Shown one piece after another: positions 27,499 through 37,233 of a DNA stretch of 38,053 bases. A model generated the notes under the pieces. The model did not search any database. It was given only the letters and a program-made list of their open reading frames with translations, and had not been told where the DNA came from. Position 1 is the first letter of the stretch. Each line of letters opens with the position of its first letter. The stretch spans positions 1-38,053 of the forward strand of contig MGXH01000080.1 in the NCBI GenBank assembly GCA_001801305.1. Direction: 5' to 3'. The stretch is from Gammaproteobacteria bacterium GWE2_42_36 (GTDB taxonomy: Bacteria; Pseudomonadota; Gammaproteobacteria; UBA12402). Made by a program: the position numbers and the translations under genes.

Positions 27499-29147
27499 CT
27501 CCCCATCAGACTGAAGTAGAGTCTATTGCACCGGACCGTTGGGTGGATCGCGAATCAATGACGAAAAACCCAGTAGATTATATTGAAACTCAGACGACGG
27601 GTGAACCGAGAAAAACAAAAAGCGGTACGATAAAATGTGAGAAAGGTATTCACTTAAAGATAAAAAGGCTGGGTATCAATACCTATAAAGAAGCGGTCAT
27701 TTACCTGCATGAAGATTGTGAAATTTGTCGATCTGAAGGATGGGCAGCTCAGGCCCGTGTTCAAGTGACGAAGCTTCATCAAAGTATTATTGCGACGGTC
27801 AATACGGTTAAGTCGCCTTTACTAAAATCCGATGAGGCCGGGTTATCAGAATATGCTTTTCAGCTGTTGGGCGCAGAAGAAAATGAAGAGATTCAATTAT
27901 CACATCCTGCGCCGCTGCATTCCCTGCATACGATTCATGACAAAATTTTCAATCGTCAGTTCACTGAACAAGGATTGAAAGAAATCATTCAAGATGTAGT
28001 CGCGGGCCGATTATCCGATATTCATATCGCCTCTTTTTTAACGGCGTGTGCTGACGACCGTTTGTCTTCTACGGAAATTATTGATTTAACAAAAGCGATG
28101 GTGGTTACTGGAGATACTTTGAGTTGGCCATCAGAACTGGTGGTTGATAAGCATTGTATTGGTGGCGTGCCCGGCAATCGAACGACGTTGATTGTCGTGC
28201 CAATTGTGGCAGCTTATGGATTGACGATTCCTAAAACCTCATCTCGTGCGATCACTTCGGCAGCCGGCACTGCAGATACCATGGAAGTGTTTGCACCCGT
28301 TGAATTAACGGTTGCGCAGATGCGTCAGGTTGTCGAAAAAGAGCAAGGTTGTATTGTATGGGGCGGCGCGATGAATTTGAGTCCTGCGGATGATCTTTTA
28401 ATTCCCGTAGAACACGTATTGAATTTGGATGCTATGGGCCAAATGATTGCCTCGATTTTATCGAAGAAAATTTCAGCGGGATCGAAGCAGATCGTGTTGG
28501 ACGTGCCGATCGGCGAGACAGCGAAAATTAGAAATCAAGCCGAACTGCGCCAACTTAAGGTGCTCTTTGAATCGGTTGCCAGTGCGCTGAATATTCAAAT
28601 CAAAATTGTTGAGACGAATGGTACACAGCCGATTGGGCGCGGTATTGGTCCTGCGCTGGAAGCCAGAGATGCTTTGGCTATTTTAGAGAACCGATTGGAT
28701 GTACCGCAAGATTTGAGGGAAAATGCTTTATTAATCGCAGGGAATTTATTGGAGTTTTCATCGCAGGTCAAAGCAGGGACCGGCAAACAACTCGCGGAAG
28801 ATATTTTAGTCAGCGGTCGCGCATGGAAGAAATTTCAAGCGATTTGTGATGGACAGGGCGGGTTGCGTGATATTCCTAAAGCACCGTATCGGGCGATTTA
28901 TGAAGCATCGATGAGCGGACGGGTTGTCATGATGAATAATTATAATCTAGCGCGACTAGCGAAATTAGCTGGAGCGCCGAAAGCAAAAGCAGCCGGTGTT
29001 GATTTATTTGTTAAAGCTGGCGATTATGTGACTCGAGGGCAACCACTTTTTGCGATTCATGCACAAAGCGAAGGCGAACTTGCCTATGCGCGTTCCTCCA
29101 TTGGTAACATAGGAACGCTACTTAAACTCGAGAAAGTGGATAGGTGA
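27495..29147 (+). CDS. AMP phosphorylase-like / 'putative thymidine phosphorylase' family protein (TIGR02645-type, with extra N-terminal domain)
   Basis: DKHCIGGVPGNRTTLIVVPIVAAYGLTIPKTSSRAITSAAGTADTMEVF matches the archaeal AMP-phosphorylase-type signature rather than the DeoA sequence KHSTGGVGD. An N-terminal ~150-aa extension precedes the helical domain. ATG 27495 overlaps the upstream TGA as ATGA, and the SD AGAGGAA lies at 27483-27489. Confidence 0.85.
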   Translation: MTPHQTEVESIAPDRWVDRESMTKNPVDYIETQTTGEPRKTKSGTIKCEKGIHLKIKRLGINTYKEAVIYLHEDCEICRSEGWAAQARVQVTKLHQSIIATVNTVKSPLLKSDEAGLSEYAFQLLGAEENEEIQLSHPAPLHSLHTIHDKIFNRQFTEQGLKEIIQDVVAGRLSDIHIASFLTACADDRLSSTEIIDLTKAMVVTGDTLSWPSELVVDKHCIGGVPGNRTTLIVVPIVAAYGLTIPKTSSRAITSAAGTADTMEVFAPVELTVAQMRQVVEKEQGCIVWGGAMNLSPADDLLIPVEHVLNLDAMGQMIASILSKKISAGSKQIVLDVPIGETAKIRNQAELRQLKVLFESVASALNIQIKIVETNGTQPIGRGIGPALEARDALAILENRLDVPQDLRENALLIAGNLLEFSSQVKAGTGKQLAEDILVSGRAWKKFQAICDGQGGLRDIPKAPYRAIYEASMSGRVVMMNNYNLARLAKLAGAPKAKAAGVDLFVKAGDYVTRGQPLFAIHAQSEGELAYARSSIGNIGTLLKLEKVDR

Positions 29148-29154
29148 TTTTAAT

Positions 29155-29316
29155 ACCCTGAGTGCGGGATAAGAAAGCATGCTGTTTGGACTGATTTCTG
29201 GCTCCCGCGGGATGACGGGGGAGAAAGCGTAAGATGACGCAGCCCGATGTATAAGCGAAAACAATTAGGTCGATTCAATATTCCGCTTTTGTTCTGGTTA
29301 ACTCAGACGCAGGTTT
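29155..29316 (+). mobile_element. MITE-like element, short (internally deleted) copy of the 25636-26018 family
   Basis: The left end accctgagtgcgggataagaaagca matches the long copy's left end. The internal ctcccgcgggatgac and agcccga...ataagcgaaaa match the long copy's right half. The right end is ...ttctggttaactcagacgcaggttt. TAATA occurs on both flanks (29151-29155 and 29316-29320). Confidence 0.6.
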
Positions 29317-29342
29317 AATAAAAAAATAGTAGGAAATTGACC

Positions 29343-30557
29343 ATGGCTATGGAACCTCTGATTCAGCCACCGATAGCGACAAAAAAAATCTCTAAGAATG
29401 TGATCATGCTAGGCATCGTTAGTTTATTTAATGACTTTGCTTCAGAGATGGTTTATCCCATCATTCCCATTTTTCTAGTCTCTTTTTTAGGTGTGCCCGT
29501 GAGCATGATCGGACTGATTGAAGGCATTGCCGAGTCTACCTCGAGTTTGTTAAAAATATTTTCAGGTTGGTTTTCTGACCAGTTTGGTGTTCGCAAACCT
29601 TTTTTGATCGTAGGGTACAGCTTTTCGACTGTAGCTAAATTATTGATTGGTTTAGCAACAGGCTGGCCGATGGCGTTATGGGGTCGATTTATCGATCGAT
29701 TTGGAAAAGGATTACGATCCTCTCCACGAGACGCGCTGATTACGGAAAGTTCACAACGTCAATATCGAGGCCGTTCCTTTGGATTTCATCAAGGGATGGA
29801 TACCGTGGGCGCTGTCTTGGGTCCACTTTCAGCCGTTTTATTGTTAAAGATTTTTCCGCATAATTTACGCATTATATTTTTTATTGCTTTTATTCCGGGA
29901 TTGATAGGCATTTTGATCTTGTTATGTTTTGTAAAAGAGACGACGAAAAAAATAATCCCAAAAACACAACAGTCGTTATGGCAGGGTTTGCGTTATTTAA
30001 AATTGAACACGTCGTTTAAAATTTTCCTATTGATTAGCGTTATTTTTGCGATAGGCAATAGTTCAGACATGTTTTTGATTTTGAAATCAAAAAGTGTAGG
30101 GATGAGTTTTGCATTCACTATTTTGGCCTATGCTTTATTTAATTTCATTTATGCTTTGGCCTCCTATCCGGCTGGTATGTTAAGTGATCGCATCGGGCCC
30201 AGACGAACACTATGCTTCGGCTTTTTATTATTTTCGATTGTGTATTTTTTATTTGGGATGGTGCACACGGCTCATTGGATTTGGATTTTGTTTCCCTTGT
30301 ATGGTGTTTATATGGCGCAAAATGATGGTGTGAGTCGCGCTTACGTATCAGTTTTAGTGCCACCGGAAAACACTGCAACAGTATTTGGCGTTTATCAAAC
30401 GGCTGTAGGTGTTTGTTCTTTTTTCGCCTCACTCATAGCGGGTATTTTGTGGTCAAAAGTTAGTCCTGCAGCCCCTTTTGTTTTTGGTAGCGTGATGTCA
30501 CTGGTTGCCGTGTTTTTATTTATGGGACTCCACTTTTTCATAGACTCCGAGCAATAG
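29343..30557 (+). CDS. MFS-type transporter (12 predicted TM segments)
   Basis: The protein is hydrophobic and polytopic. The loop 2-3 motif GWFSDQFGVRKP and a second-half motif GMLSDRIGPRR are typical of the MFS. ATG 29343 has AGGAAA 6 nt upstream. The ORF track starts at TTG 29337. Confidence 0.85.
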   Translation: MAMEPLIQPPIATKKISKNVIMLGIVSLFNDFASEMVYPIIPIFLVSFLGVPVSMIGLIEGIAESTSSLLKIFSGWFSDQFGVRKPFLIVGYSFSTVAKLLIGLATGWPMALWGRFIDRFGKGLRSSPRDALITESSQRQYRGRSFGFHQGMDTVGAVLGPLSAVLLLKIFPHNLRIIFFIAFIPGLIGILILLCFVKETTKKIIPKTQQSLWQGLRYLKLNTSFKIFLLISVIFAIGNSSDMFLILKSKSVGMSFAFTILAYALFNFIYALASYPAGMLSDRIGPRRTLCFGFLLFSIVYFLFGMVHTAHWIWILFPLYGVYMAQNDGVSRAYVSVLVPPENTATVFGVYQTAVGVCSFFASLIAGILWSKVSPAAPFVFGSVMSLVAVFLFMGLHFFIDSEQ

Positions 30558-30774
30558 AGAGGCGTCAAAAAGCGCCAAAAGATGAACGTTCCTCCGAGCG
30601 TGCTGAGTCGTTACAAATTTTCTCGAGGATAAGCCGGCTTCATGATATTATGGCGCGCATTCGGGCACTGTTGTAAACCGAATTTATACGACACTAACGG
30701 CATTAATTAAAGTGGCTCAGTTAAATTCAGTTTGAAATAGTTCCATTTAGCATTTGATTATCTAGGGAGTTGTC

Positions 30775-33510
30775 ATGCTTATTGTATCAAATTTATTGAA
30801 GAAATTTTTTGGTAGCCGCAATCAACGCGCGGTGAAACGTTTATCCAAAGAAGTCGCGAAAATTAACGCGCTTGAATCGACTTATGATCAATTAACGGAT
30901 GACACGTTACGTGCTAAAACCGATGAATTTCGTGCGCGTTTACAACAAGGGACTCCGCTGGATGATTTGTTGGTCGAAGCTTTCGCTGCTGTTCGAGAAG
31001 CCAGCAAACGCACGTTGAAAATGCGGCATTTTGATGTGCAGTTGATTGGCGGCATGGTTTTGCATCATGGGAAAATTGCTGAAATGTGTACTGGTGAAGG
31101 AAAAACATTGGTAGCGACGTTGCCAGCTTATCTCAATGCGCTCACAGGACAAGGGGTGCATATTGTGACGGTAAATGATTATTTAGCCAAACGTGATGCC
31201 GAGTGGATGGGGCCGATTTACCGCTTTTTAGGATTAACGGTCGGTGTGGTTGTGCCGGATATGAATCCCGCTGATAAAAAATCCGCTTATGCGGCAGATG
31301 TTATTTATGGCACGAATAACGAATTTGGTTTTGATTATTTACGTGACAATATGGCGTTTGCTTTAGAAGATCGTATGCAACGTGAATTGCATTATGCCAT
31401 CGTCGACGAAGTGGATTCGATTTTAATTGATGAAGCAAGAACGCCACTCATTATTTCAGGTCCGTCTGATGACAGTTCTGATTTATACCAGAAGATTAAC
31501 CAGCTCATTCCTTTGTTAACGCCGCGAAAAACGGAAGAGGGTCCCGGCGATTATTATTTGGAAGAAAAACATAAACAAGCTTACCTTACCGAAGCGGGAC
31601 ACCAATATGTCGAGAAATTAATGCAGCAGCATGGATTGATTCGCGAAGGTGAAAGTTTATATGATCCGCAGAATATTATTCTTATGCATCATTTGAATGC
31701 TGCACTTCGAGCGCACGCTTTGTATCGCCGAGATGTGGATTACATTGTGACCAATGGCGAAGTAGTGATTGTGGATGAATTTACAGGACGTACGATGCCA
31801 GGTCGTCGATGGTCGGATGGATTGCATCAGGCAGTCGAAGCCAAAGAAGGCGTTCCTGTTCAAAATGAAAACCAAACGCTGGCGACGATTACTTTTCAAA
31901 ATTATTTCAGATTGTATAAAAAATTATCCGGTATGACCGGTACGGCGGATACGGAAGCCTATGAATTTCAGGAAATTTACCATCTGGAAGTATTGGTTAT
32001 TCCGACGAACAAATCATTGGTGCGAAAAGATTATCCGGATCGTATTTATATTACGATGCGGGAAAAGTTTAATGCCATCGCGCAAGAAATTAAAACCTGC
32101 GTGGAGCGTCAGCAACCGGTGTTGGTTGGGACAGCCTCTATTGAAAATTCCGAGCTGCTTTCTGATTTATTGCAAAAAGAAAAAATCCCGCATCAAGTAT
32201 TGAATGCGAAACACCATGAAAAAGAGGCTAAAATCATTGCAGAAGCGGGCCGGCCGGGCAGTGTGACTATTGCAACCAATATGGCGGGTCGTGGCACGGA
32301 TATTATTTTGGGTGGTAATTTGGAGGCAGAAATTGCGGCATTAGAAAATGCGACCCCAGAAGCCGTTGAGTTATTGTGCATTGCTTGGAAAGAATGTCAT
32401 GAAGGCGTGATTGCAGCCGGTGGGTTGCACGTCATTGGTAGTGAGCGGCATGAATCTCGTCGCGTTGACAATCAATTACGCGGTCGTTCAGGACGTCAAG
32501 GAGATCCCGGTTCTTCTCGATTTTATGTTTCGTTAGAAGATAATTTAATGCGAATTTTTGCGGCGGATCGAATGAGTTCAATCATGCGTCGATTAGGACT
32601 GAAAGAAGGCGAAGCGATTGAGCACTCGTTTATTTCGCGAGCGATTGAAAATGCACAACGTAAAGTTGAGTCTTTTCACTTTGATATGCGTAAGCAATTA
32701 TTGGAATACGATAATGTTGCGAATGATCAACGTAAAGTGATTTATCAACAGCGCTCAGAGCTGATGGTGTTAGCGGATATTTCCGAAACAGTTCACGCGA
32801 TTCGTCGTGATGTAATCAATCAACTTATCGATACCTATATTCCGCCGCATAGTTTGGAAGAAGAATGGGATATTTCCGGCTTAGAAAAACAATTGGCGGG
32901 TGATTTCTTATTGTCCTTATCTTTACAGGATTTATTGGCCAAAGAAACGTCATTCGATGAAGAGCGAATTCGAGATTATATTTGTGCGCAGCTCGAAACC
33001 GCTTATCAGGAGAAAGAAGCGCGGGTAGGGAGTGCAACGCAACGCCAATTAGAAAAAATGGTGATGTTGCAATTCTTGGATACTCGCTGGAAAGAACATT
33101 TGGCGATGATGGATCACCTACGCGGCAGCATTCATTTGTCGGGCTATGCGCAAAAAGACCCAAAACAAGAATATAAACGTGAGTCATTTATATTGTTTTC
33201 AAGCATGTTGGATGCGATCAAGCTCGATGTGATTCGTACCTTAACGATCATGCAACCGCGCATGTCAGAAGAAGAAGCGCTTCAGCTCGAAGCGGCTCGC
33301 CGAGAGCAAGCAGCCCATCAGCAAAGAATTTATCAGCATGCCACGTTTGCTGAAGCGACGAAAGAACACGTCACGGATCAGTCGTCAATCGAAGAAGGGG
33401 AAAAGCCAACGCAGCCAGTTCGTCGAGAAGGACCTAAGGTTGGACGCAATGATCCTTGCTCGTGTGGATCGGGGAAAAAATACAAACAATGTTGTGGAAA
33501 ATTATCTTAG
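30775..33510 (+). CDS. secA: Preprotein translocase ATPase SecA
   Basis: Present are the N-terminus [16 protein letters not shown], Walker [17 protein letters not shown], the DEAD-like [19 protein letters not shown], and the C-terminal zinc finger [14 protein letters not shown]. Confidence 0.98.
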   Translation: MLIVSNLLKKFFGSRNQRAVKRLSKEVAKINALESTYDQLTDDTLRAKTDEFRARLQQGTPLDDLLVEAFAAVREASKRTLKMRHFDVQLIGGMVLHHGKIAEMCTGEGKTLVATLPAYLNALTGQGVHIVTVNDYLAKRDAEWMGPIYRFLGLTVGVVVPDMNPADKKSAYAADVIYGTNNEFGFDYLRDNMAFALEDRMQRELHYAIVDEVDSILIDEARTPLIISGPSDDSSDLYQKINQLIPLLTPRKTEEGPGDYYLEEKHKQAYLTEAGHQYVEKLMQQHGLIREGESLYDPQNIILMHHLNAALRAHALYRRDVDYIVTNGEVVIVDEFTGRTMPGRRWSDGLHQAVEAKEGVPVQNENQTLATITFQNYFRLYKKLSGMTGTADTEAYEFQEIYHLEVLVIPTNKSLVRKDYPDRIYITMREKFNAIAQEIKTCVERQQPVLVGTASIENSELLSDLLQKEKIPHQVLNAKHHEKEAKIIAEAGRPGSVTIATNMAGRGTDIILGGNLEAEIAALENATPEAVELLCIAWKECHEGVIAAGGLHVIGSERHESRRVDNQLRGRSGRQGDPGSSRFYVSLEDNLMRIFAADRMSSIMRRLGLKEGEAIEHSFISRAIENAQRKVESFHFDMRKQLLEYDNVANDQRKVIYQQRSELMVLADISETVHAIRRDVINQLIDTYIPPHSLEEEWDISGLEKQLAGDFLLSLSLQDLLAKETSFDEERIRDYICAQLETAYQEKEARVGSATQRQLEKMVMLQFLDTRWKEHLAMMDHLRGSIHLSGYAQKDPKQEYKRESFILFSSMLDAIKLDVIRTLTIMQPRMSEEEALQLEAARREQAAHQQRIYQHATFAEATKEHVTDQSSIEEGEKPTQPVRREGPKVGRNDPCSCGSGKKYKQCCGKLS

Positions 33511-33591
33511 GATTGAAGATTCAAGGGATGGATCTCTTTGTGACGATAATTTTGATGAGGTGTCCAATTTTTTGAATAAGGTGAACGCGCT

Positions 33592-34425
33592 ATGCAGTGT
33601 CTTGATCATTACGTGAAAGTGAATGGATCACAGATTCGTTATTGGGATGAAGGCCAAGGTGATATTCCGCTGATTCTTGTGCATGGTTTTGCAGCCTGTA
33701 TCGAATATTGGCAATATAATATTTCTGCGTTATCACAGCACCATCGTGTGATTGCCGTTGACTTGCTTGGCTTTGGAAAAAGCGATAAACCCGCCATCAA
33801 TTACAGCGTCCGAGATTTCACACAATTTTTAAAGGCTTTTTTAGAAACTTTGCAGATTCACGAAGTGGTTTTAATTGGCCATTCGATTGGGGGCAGTATC
33901 AGTCTTGCTTTTGCATTAGATTATCCTGAGACCGTGAAAAAATTAGTACTCATTGCGCCGCCCGCCTTTACACAAAAAGTCCCTTTGGCTTATCGATTAT
34001 TATGTGTGCCTTATATGGATAAGATTTTGCCGCTGGTTCGATGGCCAGAACTAGTGATGTTACTATTTCGTCGAGCGGCCTATCGTAGGGAACGATTGAG
34101 TAAGGCCTTATCGCAGGCGATTCATGAATATAATCGATCACCCGAATCGATGGCGGTATTGATGCATCTGATGCAGACGAATTCAGATTGGCATGGGCTG
34201 CGTGAAGAGGTCTTTCTTGCTATTAAAAACCGCTTAAAAACCTTAACGATTCCGGTGCTATTGATGTGGGGAAAACGGGATTCAATTATTCCTGTTTCTT
34301 GCGCCGAAGTAGGGCAACAATTGATTCCACAGATGGAATTGTGTTTATTTGAAGATTGTGGGCATCTGGTTCAAATTGAAATGGCTGATGAGTTTAATGA
34401 TCGGGTTGAGCAATTTTTGAATTGA
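33592..34425 (+). CDS. alpha/beta-fold hydrolase
   Basis: It has the oxyanion region LILVHGF, the nucleophile elbow GHSIGG, and the C-terminal catalytic His in EDCGHLVQIE. Confidence 0.85.
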   Translation: MQCLDHYVKVNGSQIRYWDEGQGDIPLILVHGFAACIEYWQYNISALSQHHRVIAVDLLGFGKSDKPAINYSVRDFTQFLKAFLETLQIHEVVLIGHSIGGSISLAFALDYPETVKKLVLIAPPAFTQKVPLAYRLLCVPYMDKILPLVRWPELVMLLFRRAAYRRERLSKALSQAIHEYNRSPESMAVLMHLMQTNSDWHGLREEVFLAIKNRLKTLTIPVLLMWGKRDSIIPVSCAEVGQQLIPQMELCLFEDCGHLVQIEMADEFNDRVEQFLN

Positions 34426-34719
34426 GAGTCCGGTTCGACGAATAGGCGACACAGGATGTCGGGAGATGCTCTTCATAGGATGACTGGCAAAAAATTGAGA
34501 TGGGCGTGCAGCGCGTGCTCCTTTCTTATCTTCTAGACTGACCCCGACGATCTTCGCCCGACAACCGATGATGTTGTGATTAAAAGGGTATAGTAAGAAA
34601 TTAAATATTTTATGCGCTTATTTTTTCCCATTTTAGCTGCAATGTAGATTTTTTGATCAAAAAGAAATAGAATGCTCCAGTCATGATCAAGGAAAATGTT
34701 GTTTATTAAGGAGCTATGC

Positions 34720-36054
34720 GTGACAGATAAAAAAAACAGATCAACCATTCAAACAACAACATGGAAAAAAGTCAGAGATCGTGTTGCAAAGGTTAATCCA
34801 GACCTATGCTCGATTATTGATCAATTAAATCCTAGCAGCACTAAATACCCGCTCTATGAAGCAAGGTATCCTTTTGGCGTTAATAGCGTCGCCAAAGGGC
34901 AGTTGCTTTTACCTAACGAGCAAGGCCGTCTTGTGCAGCTAGAGGCATCCGCTGATAAAAAAATGAAGCAAGATTTAGGGTATAACCTTGGATCGAATCC
35001 TGTTACTTTAGTGTTGGAAAATTCGATAGAAATTTATATGGCTATGGAAAATCATACTATCCCTGCTGCATTTGTACCCGCAGGCTGTTTAATTAGTCTT
35101 TGGCATGCACTTGATAAACAATACAATCATCAACCAGCATTTATTTGGAATGTCAGTTCTGGTGCTAGATCAATTTTTATGCTCCCAAAAATTTCTGTCG
35201 CTACAAAATTTGAAAAACTGAGAAATTATTTTCATCTTGATATTGATATGCCGCACAGCCTATTTGACCATGGGAAATTATTCCATGCATTAACGCTAAG
35301 TCCTTATTTTAAAGACCAATGGTCCTCATGTTTACTCTACTTCAGTAGATCATGGTTTGATCATTTGCACGACAAGGCCTGGAAAAATTTTTATGAGTAT
35401 TTACTTAAGGCGTCATGGAAAGCGACTAGTTATCACAGAAGTGAGTTTATCTGGAATCTTGCCTTTTCATTAATTCAAAAAGCGAGAAACTTGAAGCCAG
35501 ACCCTTATATTGCCGATACGATCAAACATTTATTTGCAATGAGCGTTGGTGCATACCCAGGGTTTTCTCCAGCCATAGATAATACGGCTGCTCCTATTTC
35601 AACATTCCAAGAAATCATCTTAGAAATTTATGGTTTAGATAAATATATCCCCACTATTATGCAACCAGCTTATTTTCTTCCAAAGGATAGCAAAAAAACG
35701 CGCCCTGTTTATTACTCTTTGGATTATCCAACCACTTTTAGTTTTTCACCAAAAGCAAGAAAATTAGCCACAAAGTTGGTTAACTTAACAAAAATTCGAT
35801 ATCTGTTAAATAAATATTTAGCTGAAGTTAACACCGGCAAATTTCGGCTGGAAAACACCCCAATTGGAGAAATCCCATCAACAATAAATTATGATTTTTT
35901 CCATAATGAAAAAATTATTTCAGATGACATAAGGAATACTAGATTTCTTTTCGAAGAAGACCCATCCTTTAAAAATAACATTATCAAAAACAAAGAATTC
36001 GCCACTAACAGCTCATTTTTGCGCGGCTGCATTCGCATTTCACACGTCGAATAA
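34720..36054 (+). CDS. Hypothetical protein, no recognisable motif (444 aa from GTG 34720; 452 aa if ATG 34696)
   Basis: This is a long clean ORF in an AT-rich block. A perfect SD AAGGAG (34708-34713) lies 6 nt before the in-frame GTG 34720. A strong terminator follows the stop. The protein is rich in aromatic residues, and I saw no signal peptide or TM segment. Confidence 0.75.
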   Translation: MTDKKNRSTIQTTTWKKVRDRVAKVNPDLCSIIDQLNPSSTKYPLYEARYPFGVNSVAKGQLLLPNEQGRLVQLEASADKKMKQDLGYNLGSNPVTLVLENSIEIYMAMENHTIPAAFVPAGCLISLWHALDKQYNHQPAFIWNVSSGARSIFMLPKISVATKFEKLRNYFHLDIDMPHSLFDHGKLFHALTLSPYFKDQWSSCLLYFSRSWFDHLHDKAWKNFYEYLLKASWKATSYHRSEFIWNLAFSLIQKARNLKPDPYIADTIKHLFAMSVGAYPGFSPAIDNTAAPISTFQEIILEIYGLDKYIPTIMQPAYFLPKDSKKTRPVYYSLDYPTTFSFSPKARKLATKLVNLTKIRYLLNKYLAEVNTGKFRLENTPIGEIPSTINYDFFHNEKIISDDIRNTRFLFEEDPSFKNNIIKNKEFATNSSFLRGCIRISHVE

Positions 36055-36076
36055 ATGAAGAAATTGATTTAAATAA

Positions 36077-36114
36077 AAAATGGTTCCATTTGTTTTTAAT
36101 GGAACCATTTTGTT
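36077..36114 (+). terminator. Rho-independent (bidirectional-type) terminator after the orphan 452-aa gene
   Basis: A 12-14 bp perfect stem, aatggttccatt (36079-36090) pairing with aatggaaccatt (36098-36109), has a 7-nt loop. It is flanked by an A-run upstream and ttttgtt downstream. Confidence 0.8.
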
Positions 36115-36287
36115 AATTACTAAAAAACCTCATAGAACCCTCATGCTTTTTATGCAATATTGGAATCCAATTTAATTGCTAAAAAATTTCATAAATCACC
36201 TCCTGTTTTGTAGTTCGTTTATTTTACTGTTTTATTCGCTTAATATCCAAGAAGAAAACGCTTATACTTTCTATGAGGGTTTAGAAA

Positions 36288-36998
36288 ATGACTAAATATA
36301 TGATTAAAGATTCTAAAGATAAAAACATCTCTCAAAAGATGGGATGGATAAATAATGATAATGCTCCTTTATACGAAGCAATGCCGATCGAGTTTTTCGA
36401 AAACACAGCTAAAATTGCTGGATTGAATGATGGGTATGATGTATCAGCTGCCATCAGCTATATTCAACAAGCTAAATCTATTTTAGAGATTGGTGCTGGC
36501 TATGGTCGTGTATTAGAGCACATTATTCAAACTGGTTATCAAGGAGAATTAGTTGCCATTGAAAGAAATCAAAAACTCTGCGATATGTTGCGAGAAAAAT
36601 TTTCTTCCAAAAAAGCAACTATTTATTGTGCCGATGTACAGTCTGTAAATCTAACAACTACTTTTGATTTGATTCTGTGGATGTGGACAGGGATTTGCGA
36701 GTTTTCTCCCAAAGAGCAACTGAAGACACTATCAATCTTAACCGCTCATCTCAACAAGAACGGGTACATAATTATTGATATCATTGATATAGAATGCAAA
36801 ACAATAAGAGCTATGAAAATCGATACACATGTGCGTATTGCAAAAACCCCTTTTGGAAACGATTATGGATATTTCCCTTCGCATGATGAGCTAGAAACCT
36901 ATCGAAAGATACTCAACCTGTCGAACAAAGAAATTATTCACTACAAAACCAGTACAAATAAAGAAAAAATTTTATACGTATTTCAAAAGCCCGGTTAA
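36288..36998 (+). CDS. Class I SAM-dependent methyltransferase
   Basis: Motif I is ILEIGAGYGRV, the acidic loop is VAIERN, motif III is CADVQS and motif IV is DLILWMW. The SD GAGGG lies 8 nt upstream of the ATG. Confidence 0.8.
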   Translation: MTKYMIKDSKDKNISQKMGWINNDNAPLYEAMPIEFFENTAKIAGLNDGYDVSAAISYIQQAKSILEIGAGYGRVLEHIIQTGYQGELVAIERNQKLCDMLREKFSSKKATIYCADVQSVNLTTTFDLILWMWTGICEFSPKEQLKTLSILTAHLNKNGYIIIDIIDIECKTIRAMKIDTHVRIAKTPFGNDYGYFPSHDELETYRKILNLSNKEIIHYKTSTNKEKILYVFQKPG

Positions 36999-37233
36999 CG
37001 ATAAAAAACCTATACTCTAAAAAATCTAATTAACGATCAGCTATTTTTTAAACCCAAGCTTAAACATAAAAAGCTCACACTTTTTATTAGCAAAGTTTAT
37101 TGACCTTTTTATTTGTTTTTTTAATTTTAGAATAAGTATTAAATAAACAACTATAGACGTTTGATGATTCTCAAACATAATAATAAAAATAACAGAGGAA
37201 CAGTTATTATAAACTCATAGGATAGAGTTAACG

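Noticed and set aside
30583-30633. 16-codon mini-ORF (MNVPPSVLSRYKFSRG) upstream of secA, a possible secM-like leader
   Set aside because: It has no SD and no resemblance to the SecM arrest motif, and it lies 140 nt from secA. The evidence is insufficient.
33338-33616. 92-aa plus-strand ORF spanning the secA 3' end and the hydrolase start
   Set aside because: It is out of frame with the secA zinc-finger tail and the hydrolase N-terminus, both of which are clearly real.
34434-34470. GGTTCGA T-loop-like motif (tccggttcgacgaat) at the boundary of the AT-rich block, a possible tRNA or att remnant
   Set aside because: The flanking bases do not form a T-stem, and no acceptor or anticodon arms can be drawn. 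It is probably coincidental.
34533-34748. 71-aa minus-strand ORF in the spacer before the orphan 452-aa gene
   Set aside because: It is AT-rich and low-complexity, overlaps the promoter, SD and start of the plus-strand gene, and has no SD.
36241-36270. TAATATCC ... TTATACTT motifs upstream of the methyltransferase (and TTAAATATT near 34606) as PmrA-type effector regulatory sites
   Set aside because: There are only single degenerate half-sites, without the tandem spacing of the Legionella/Coxiella PmrA box as I remember it. Such strings are expected by chance in AT-rich DNA.
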